From assembly GCA_017458745.1 (NCBI GenBank), contig JAFTAB010000135.1:1-44027 (forward strand): a stretch of 44,027 nucleotides of DNA, read 5' to 3'. A program made the position numbers and the translations under genes. The notes beneath the pieces were generated by a model. The model searched no databases, had not been told where the DNA came from, and was given only the letters and a program-made list of their open reading frames with translations. Of this stretch, positions 38,413 through 44,027 are shown in pieces. This DNA is from Schwartzia sp. (in: firmicutes). Its GTDB lineage: Bacteria > Bacillota > Negativicutes > Selenomonadales > Selenomonadaceae. How positions within the stretch are numbered: position 1 is the first letter of the stretch; each line of letters opens with the position of its first letter.

Positions 38413-38456
38413 TCCCCGCCATGGGTTTTATCAACCCGTGGCGGGGCTTATTTTTA
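38413..38456 (+). terminator. intrinsic terminator ending the ribosomal super-operon
   Basis: CCCCGCCATGGGTT pairs with AACCCGTGGCGGGG, followed by CTTATTTTT. Confidence 0.9.
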
Positions 38457-38519
38457 ATTTTCAAGATGTTAAAATTATGATATTAATACTTATCATCTTA
38501 GTCCAAAATTTTAATACTA

Positions 38520-38600
38520 ATCTTCGACCAAAATTTAAAATTAAATTTTGACCGAAGATACGCCTGCTTCGCAGGCTGCATTTGCTCCTATGCGCAAATG
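38520..38600 (+). repeat. dispersed intergenic repeat family 1, copy 2
   Basis: ATCTTCGACCAAAATTTAAAATTAAATTTTGACCGAAGATACGCCTGCT (38520-38568) matches the reverse complement of 523-571. It is followed by the hairpins GCCTGC-ttc-GCAGGC and GCATTTGC-N8-GCAAATGC. A partial extra copy (TCCAAAATTTTAATA) lies at 38503-38517. Confidence 0.8.
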
Positions 38601-38616
38601 CCGTCTCATGCATTAT

Positions 38617-38655
38617 CTGTAAAGATTTAAAAATCTTAACAGGTAGCAGTATAGT
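38617..38655 (+). promoter_or_regulatory. 26-bp imperfect palindrome overlapping a candidate promoter of the ABC operon
   Basis: CTGTaAAGATTTaaAAATCTTaACAG (38617-38642) pairs at 11 of 13 symmetric positions. The candidate -35 is TTAAAA (38627-38632), then a 17-nt spacer, then the -10 TATAGT (38650-38655). Confidence 0.4.
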
Positions 38656-38702
38656 TTAATCTAAAAATTTTTAGAAGCTTTTAAATGATCGAGGGGATAG
38701 GT

Positions 38703-39653
38703 TTGAGAAAATATATTGCAGGTCGTCTGGTTGGTCTCTTTTTCGTTTTGCTGGGAGTTACTTTTTTCACGTTTTTTATGATGCAATTTGCCGCAGATGA
38801 CGCGGTTGACAAAATGTATGATGACAGAGGGGCGGTGTCGGAGGAACTGAAAGCGGAGAGGAGACATGAGCTCGGACTGGACAGACCATTTTTCGTGCAG
38901 TATGGGACATGGCTGATGGGGCTTGCAAGTGGTGACATGGGGAAATCATTTATCTCGGGCAAAGATGTTTTTGAGACTTTTATAGAGAAATTGCCACAGA
39001 CAATATGGCTGATGGCAGTTTCAATTTTAATGACGCTCACGGTGTCTCTTCCCCTCGGCATCATATCGGCTGTTAAACGGGACGAGAGCATAGATTATAT
39101 TATTCGCTTTTTCAGCTTTATCGGAAATTCATTGCCAAATTTCTTTACGGCGCTTCTGCTCATTTATTTTCTTGCGTTGAAGATGAATTTGTTGCCAATA
39201 ATGGGGAACAGCGAGAATATGCGGAGTGTAATTCTTCCCGCTCTTACACTTGCAATCGCGATGGGCGCCAAATACACGCGGCAGATGAGGACGGCAATTT
39301 TGGAGGAAATGAATAAGCCATACGTCGCGGGCGCGAGGTCACGAGGAGTCGCTGAGAGCACGATACTGTTTAAAAGCGTGCTGCGCTCATCGCTTGTGCC
39401 GCTTATCACGTTGCTCGCTCTTTCGATTGGCTCGTTGCTCGGAGGAACGGCAATAGTAGAGACTATATTCATGTGGGACGGCGTTGGTAAAATGGCAGTC
39501 GATGCGATAATCATGCGCGACTATCCGATAATACAGGCTTATGTCGTTTGGATGTCAATAATCTATGTCGTGGTGAATCTCATAGCTGACATCATGTGCG
39601 ATTATTTTGACCCCCGTGCTGAGATATATAACGGTGGAGGAAGCGCGCCATGA
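38703..39653 (+). CDS. Opp/Dpp/Nik-family ABC transporter permease (DppB/NikB-like)
   Basis: TTG 38703 lies 6 nt after GAGGGG; the in-frame ATG 38685 has no RBS. Product begins (M)RKYIAGRLVGLFFVLLGVTFFTF, is polytopic, and has an EAA-type loop ...PYVAGARSRGV. Confidence 0.85.
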   Translation: MRKYIAGRLVGLFFVLLGVTFFTFFMMQFAADDAVDKMYDDRGAVSEELKAERRHELGLDRPFFVQYGTWLMGLASGDMGKSFISGKDVFETFIEKLPQTIWLMAVSILMTLTVSLPLGIISAVKRDESIDYIIRFFSFIGNSLPNFFTALLLIYFLALKMNLLPIMGNSENMRSVILPALTLAIAMGAKYTRQMRTAILEEMNKPYVAGARSRGVAESTILFKSVLRSSLVPLITLLALSIGSLLGGTAIVETIFMWDGVGKMAVDAIIMRDYPIIQAYVVWMSIIYVVVNLIADIMCDYFDPRAEIYNGGGSAP

Positions 39654-40459
39654 GAAAATATCACGCTCTTATTCCTTTTGTCATTTTGGCATCGCTGTTG
39701 CTTGTTGTTGCGCTTTTTGCGCCTGCGATTGCTCCGCTTGACCCATACGCGCAGGATTTGTCGGTTGCTCTTTTGCCGCCCGACGATACTTATTTGCTTG
39801 GGACTGACAGATACGGTCGCGATGTGCTGTCGCGTGTTATCGTTGGCTCGCGCACAACGCTTGGCGCGTCGCTTGCGCTGCTCATAGTCATATCGGTGGG
39901 AGGAACGCTCATAGGCGCGGTTGCAGGATACAGAGGCGGCAAAATCGACACGGCGCTGATGCGGCTGTCGGATGTCGCCCTTGCGTTTCCGGCAATGGTT
40001 TTTGCTATAGCGGTCGCGGGGGTGCTGGGGGGTGGACTTGTGTCGGCGGCTGTTGCCATCGCGCTGATAAGCTGGCCTAAATATGCTCGTTTGGCGCGTG
40101 GGCTGGTGCTTCAAATGCGAAGCATGCCATATCTTGCCGCCGCGAGATTCGCGGGCCGCTCGGAGACAGAGATATTGATTTATCATGTTATGCCGAATAT
40201 CGCCGCGCCAATCATTGTGACGGCGACCGCGCATCTTGGCACGCTCATAATGGAGATGGCGGGGTTATCGTTTTTGGGACTGGGCGCGATGCCGCCGACG
40301 GCGGAATGGGGAGCTATGATGAACAACGGCCGTAGCCTGCTCCAGACATCGCCTTGGGTCATCCTTTCGCCGGGCATCGCGATATTCATAGCAGTATCAA
40401 TTTTCAATATGCTCGGCGACAAGCTGCGCGATGTATTTGATACTCATTTAAATGAGTAG
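39650..40459 (+). CDS. Opp/Dpp/Nik-family ABC transporter permease (DppC/NikC-like)
   Basis: ATGA overlap with the upstream stop. It is 269 aa and polytopic, with GTDRYGRDVLSRVIVG and PYLAAARFAGRSE. Confidence 0.88.
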   Translation: MRKYHALIPFVILASLLLVVALFAPAIAPLDPYAQDLSVALLPPDDTYLLGTDRYGRDVLSRVIVGSRTTLGASLALLIVISVGGTLIGAVAGYRGGKIDTALMRLSDVALAFPAMVFAIAVAGVLGGGLVSAAVAIALISWPKYARLARGLVLQMRSMPYLAAARFAGRSETEILIYHVMPNIAAPIIVTATAHLGTLIMEMAGLSFLGLGAMPPTAEWGAMMNNGRSLLQTSPWVILSPGIAIFIAVSIFNMLGDKLRDVFDTHLNE

Positions 40460-40479
40460 TTATATAGGGAGGAATGAAA

Positions 40480-42072
40480 ATGAGGAGCAAAAAATTTTTT
40501 TCAGGGTTCATGTCAAGAAAATCAAAACTAATCGCGGCGCTCGCGCTGTCGGGGTGCATTTTGATCAGCGGATGCGGAGGCGGCGGCGAAAAGAAAACTG
40601 ATGCCGGCAAGGCTGGGGAGAAAACATTCGTCTATGGCACTATGGCTTATGGTGTCGCGATGGAGAATGTCGGAACCGACCCGCATGACACGTATGTGGG
40701 ATGGAGCACCCTGCGCTATGGGATTGGCGAGACGCTTTTCCGATTCACGGAGAGCATGGAACTGGAGCCGTGGCTAGCGAAAAATTTTGAGCGTATAGAT
40801 GAGAATACAGTCAAAATCAATTTGAAAGAAAAAATAAAATTCTCAAATGGTAAAAAAGTGACAGGGAAGGCAGTCAAGGCATGTCTGGAACGTCTGCTAA
40901 AGATGAACGACCGCGCACCGAAGGATTTGAAAATCGCAGCAATAGACGCTGATGAAACGTCCGTGACGATAAAGACCACGGAGCCAAGCCCATCGCTTAT
41001 AAATTATCTGTCTGACCCTTATGGTTGCATAATTGACACGGAGGCAGACGTAAAGGATAAAATCGTTGTCGGGACGGGCCCATACAAGGCTGTGAAAGTT
41101 ACCGACACGCAGATTGACCTCGTTAAAAATGAAAATTATTGGGGCGATGTCAAGCCAAAGATGGACAAAATAACAATAAGGAGCATCACGGATGGCGACA
41201 CGCTCACAATGGCAATGCAGAATGGCGAGCTAGACGCGGTTCAGGGATTACCGTATGCGAGTCTTGAACTTTTCGGCGATACGGGCAAATATAAAATAAG
41301 TCAGGCGGACACGTCGCGCATATATCAGATAGCTTTCAATTACAAGACGCCTGAATTGCAGGACATAAAGGTACGTCAGGCAATATCGTCCGCTCTTGAC
41401 AAAGAAAATTTCACGAAAGTGCTGCTCCACGGCCAGGGAACGCCCGCGGTCGGGCCTTTCCCCGCGGCAATGACTTTTGGCGACAAGGCAGTCAGCGCAA
41501 TGAAGTTTGACAAAGATAGAGCAAAATCGCTTTTGCAAGAGGCGGGCTACGCTGACACGGACAATGACGGCTATGTCGATAAAGACGGCAAAAATCTTGA
41601 GCTGCGGTATCTCACGTACACGTCACGTCAAGAGCTGCCGTTGCTTGCCGAGGCAATGCAGGCGAGCCTGAAGGAAATCGGAATAAAACTTAATGTCAAC
41701 GCGACGGACAATTACAAGGCGGTACTGAAAACCGGCGATTACGATATGTACGCGAAGGCATTCGTCGCCGCGCCGACCGGCGACCCGGAGTATTATTTCA
41801 CCACGCATGTCCTCGACAGTTCCGCGTACAATAACGGATTTTATCACAGTGATGCGATTGAGGCACTTGGGCGTGAGCTGCATAATGAATTTAATCCGGC
41901 TGAAAGGTCAAATCTTGCAATCAAGATGGAGCAACAGCTGCTCGATGACTGCGCTCTGATTTATGCGTCGCATCTTCGTATGTCGTTTGTCATGAGGAAG
42001 AATATTGAGGGCTTCGTGGCGCACCCGTCGGACTATTATGAAATAAGCCCCGCCCTCGATAAAAAAATATGA
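40480..42072 (+). CDS. family-5 (peptide/nickel) ABC substrate-binding lipoprotein
   Basis: ATG 40480 lies 7 nt after GGGAGGA; ATG 40474 abuts the RBS. The signal peptide has two lipobox-like sites (LALSGC, LISGC) followed by GGGG. It is 530 aa with an SBP_bac_5-like core as I recall the family. Confidence 0.85.
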   Translation: MRSKKFFSGFMSRKSKLIAALALSGCILISGCGGGGEKKTDAGKAGEKTFVYGTMAYGVAMENVGTDPHDTYVGWSTLRYGIGETLFRFTESMELEPWLAKNFERIDENTVKINLKEKIKFSNGKKVTGKAVKACLERLLKMNDRAPKDLKIAAIDADETSVTIKTTEPSPSLINYLSDPYGCIIDTEADVKDKIVVGTGPYKAVKVTDTQIDLVKNENYWGDVKPKMDKITIRSITDGDTLTMAMQNGELDAVQGLPYASLELFGDTGKYKISQADTSRIYQIAFNYKTPELQDIKVRQAISSALDKENFTKVLLHGQGTPAVGPFPAAMTFGDKAVSAMKFDKDRAKSLLQEAGYADTDNDGYVDKDGKNLELRYLTYTSRQELPLLAEAMQASLKEIGIKLNVNATDNYKAVLKTGDYDMYAKAFVAAPTGDPEYYFTTHVLDSSAYNNGFYHSDAIEALGRELHNEFNPAERSNLAIKMEQQLLDDCALIYASHLRMSFVMRKNIEGFVAHPSDYYEISPALDKKI

Positions 42073-42089
42073 GCAGGAAGGCAAATTGA

Positions 42090-42881
42090 ATGAACAAAGC
42101 GATTGACAAAACAATAATTGATGTCAAAAATCTGTCTGTTTATTACGGGAATTGTCGCGTGGCTCATGATATTTCATTCACATTACGTGAGGGGGAGACG
42201 CTTGCCATTGTCGGGGAATCCGGAAGCGGAAAATCGACAGTGCTTAAGGCTATGATGGGGCTTCTCGATAATGGCGGCAGGGCAGAGGGGAGTATAAAAT
42301 TTCACGGTGATGAGGTACTGAATATGACTCATGATGAACTCAAAAAAATTAGAGGTGATAAAATTGCAATGATTTTTCAAAATGCTGCCGCCTCGTTTTG
42401 CCCGATAAGGAAAATCGGAGAGCAAATAGCGGAGGGGATAAAAGCTCACAGAAATCTTGATGATAGTGAGATACGAAGCCGAGCTGATGAGCTGATGGGG
42501 ATATTGTCGCTCGATGAAAGCACATGGGACGCATATCCTTTTCGGCTATCGGGGGGGATGGGTCAAAGAATGGGTATCCTCTCCGCCATGGTGCTTCGCC
42601 CGAGTGTTTTGCTGTGCGATGAGCCAACAAGTGCTCTCGACTCCGTGACGCAAAAAGCGGTGGCAAGTCTTTTAGTGCGGGCGAAGGGAATCGGAACATC
42701 GCTGATAGTGATAACTCACAACATGGGGCTTGCTCACTATATCGCTGATAATGTTCTCGTGATGAATAAAGGGGAAATGGTTGAAATCGGAAGCAGGGAT
42801 GAAATTTTTGGCTCGCCGAGGGAGCAATACACGCGCCGCTTGATTGATGCCGTCCCACGACTTTGCAAGGCATGTGCATGA
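42090..42881 (+). CDS. ABC transporter ATP-binding protein (DppD/NikD-like, short form)
   Basis: It has Walker A GESGSGKST, signature LSGGMGQR and Walker B LLLCDEPTSALD. At 263 aa it lacks a long C-terminal Opp-type extension. Confidence 0.92.
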   Translation: MNKAIDKTIIDVKNLSVYYGNCRVAHDISFTLREGETLAIVGESGSGKSTVLKAMMGLLDNGGRAEGSIKFHGDEVLNMTHDELKKIRGDKIAMIFQNAAASFCPIRKIGEQIAEGIKAHRNLDDSEIRSRADELMGILSLDESTWDAYPFRLSGGMGQRMGILSAMVLRPSVLLCDEPTSALDSVTQKAVASLLVRAKGIGTSLIVITHNMGLAHYIADNVLVMNKGEMVEIGSRDEIFGSPREQYTRRLIDAVPRLCKACA

Positions 42882-43633
42882 TGAATGAGCCTATACTATC
42901 GCTCTCGCATATCAAAAAAAAATACTCGTCACATTTGGTGCTGGACGATGTATCGATTGACATAGGTATTGGCGAATGTGTTGGGCTTGTCGGAAAATCG
43001 GGATGCGGCAAGTCGACGTTGATGTCCGTTGCGACAAGAATGATACCTTGCGACGGAGGGAGCATATCGTTTCGCGGCGAGGACATCACCCATGCGTCTC
43101 GTTCCGCCATGATGGCATACTACGCAAATATGCAGATGATATTTCAGCAGCCTATTGATTCTTTCGACCCGCGTCGCGCCATTGGGGACAGCATAATGGA
43201 GCCTATGATTTGCAGGGGCGTGCCGAGGGCCGAGTCGAAGGCGCGAGTGATTGAGCTTTTGATGAGAGTCGGGTTGCCTGAGGATTATGCCGAGCGGTAC
43301 CCGCATGAGGTGAGCGGCGGCGAGTGCCAGAGAGCGGCGATTGCGCGTGCTATAGCGATGAAGCCTATGCTGCTTTTTTGCGATGAGATAACGAGCGCGC
43401 TTGACGCCACAGTTCAAAAAGAAATCATAATCCTAATGCGAGAGTTGATTCATGAAAATCATATGGCGTCACTTTTCGTGACGCACGATATCGCGCTGCT
43501 GCCGGGAATAGCCGACTGCGTCGCGGTGATGGCAAAAGGCCGTATCGTCGAGCGGGGGACAACGAGTGATGTCATCGCGCATCCGAAAAGCGATGCGGCA
43601 AAGGAACTGATAGACGCGGCTGATTTGTGGTAA
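42878..43633 (+). CDS. ABC transporter ATP-binding protein (DppF/NikE-like, short form)
   Basis: ATG 42878 forms an ATGA overlap with the upstream TGA; the ORF-track TTG 42863 is less likely. It has Walker A GKSGCGKST, signature VSGGECQR and Walker B LLFCDEITSALD. Confidence 0.9.
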   Translation: MMNEPILSLSHIKKKYSSHLVLDDVSIDIGIGECVGLVGKSGCGKSTLMSVATRMIPCDGGSISFRGEDITHASRSAMMAYYANMQMIFQQPIDSFDPRRAIGDSIMEPMICRGVPRAESKARVIELLMRVGLPEDYAERYPHEVSGGECQRAAIARAIAMKPMLLFCDEITSALDATVQKEIIILMRELIHENHMASLFVTHDIALLPGIADCVAVMAKGRIVERGTTSDVIAHPKSDAAKELIDAADLW

Positions 43634-43640
43634 ACTTCAT

Positions 43641-43683
43641 AAAAAAATATGCCAACACTTTAAAGGTGTTGGCATATTTTTTA
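43641..43683. terminator. bidirectional intrinsic terminator between the ABC operon and the convergent flavodoxin-like gene
   Basis: AAAAAAATATGCCAACAC pairs with GTGTTGGCATATTTTTT, so an A-run and a T-run flank a GC-containing stem. Confidence 0.88.
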
Positions 43684-43822
43684 TTCGATGCTAACGGGCG
43701 ATAATACCCCCGCTTCTTCAGCGGGATATAAGCGCTCATAAGGCAATGGGTAAATTCGACTGGATTCAGTGGAAGAAGTAAAAATCCACCGCTGAATAAG
43801 TCTAATTTTATCGTATGAAATG
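43681..43822. repeat. dispersed intergenic repeat family 2, copy R2 (long form with 79-nt internal segment)
   Basis: Its flanks match R1 (11557-11613): 28 of 34 on the left and 17 of 18 on the right. The internal 43715-43793 is bounded by CCGCT at 43710-43714 and 43789-43793. The core AGTCTAATTTT lies at 43799-43809. Confidence 0.75.
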
Positions 43823-44027
43823 TGTCGGCTTGAATGGCTCGTATGATGGGCGGGGGATGTTTGATTTGTCACCCAATTCAATGCACTTCGAGAGCCATGC
43901 GATATTTTTGGCGAGCGTGCGCATTGTCTGAAGCCCTTCCTCGTCCTTTTTGACATCCTCTGGCGTGAAGCCGTGTACCTGATTCCAGTACTGCGAGCCC
44001 ACGACAATCATATTGAGCATGAGATAG
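43808..44027 (-). CDS. 3' part of a flavodoxin-like / NAD(P)H-dependent FMN reductase family gene (5' end outside the window)
   Basis: The minus-strand frame is open to the window edge, with stop TAA at 43810-43808. The tail ...MIVVGSQYWNQVHGFTPEDVKKDEEGLQTMRTLAKNIAWLSKCIE resembles flavodoxin-fold oxidoreductases (recall only). Confidence 0.55.
   Translation of the reverse strand, partial: YLMLNMIVVGSQYWNQVHGFTPEDVKKDEEGLQTMRTLAKNIAWLSKCIELGDKSNIPRPSYEPFKPTHFIR

Overview
This 44,027-nt window (GC judged by eye at roughly 50%) reads as core chromosome of a Gram-positive-type, Firmicutes/Clostridia-like bacterium, almost entirely on the + strand. I found no convincing novel multi-gene system: no rRNA, tRNA, CRISPR array, transposase, integrase or recognisable defence genes. 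1-18.7 kb holds the tail of an activase-family gene, a SAM-I riboswitch with metK, typA, an orphan sepF, pepD, and a tight aroF-tyrA-UPF0158 operon. It continues with prs behind a long structured leader, a secreted Amidase_2 hydrolase convergent with a monofunctional GT51 glycosyltransferase, mutS2, a class A PBP and tkt. 18.9-38.4 kb is one contiguous str-S10-spc-alpha ribosomal super-operon of 35 genes, from a YbxF/L7Ae-like gene and rpsL through to rplQ, including fusA, tuf, secY, adk, infA and rpoA. rpmJ was found by hand because it is under 60 aa, and map is absent. 38.7-43.6 kb is a five-gene Opp/Dpp/Nik-family ABC importer in B-C-A-D-F order, followed by the 3' end of a minus-strand flavodoxin-like gene. 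The best leads are modest and mostly non-coding. They are two short dispersed repeat families confined to intergenic regions, one copy carrying a 79-nt insert bounded by a CCGCT direct repeat; an unassigned ~200-nt structured leader upstream of prs; and a 26-bp palindrome over the putative ABC-operon promoter. Protein-level oddities are a duplicated C-terminus in uL15, a CxxC...CxxC ribbon in bL24, and GTG/TTG starts on 13 of the 35 super-operon genes. All family assignments rest on reading the translations and on recall. No searches were run.
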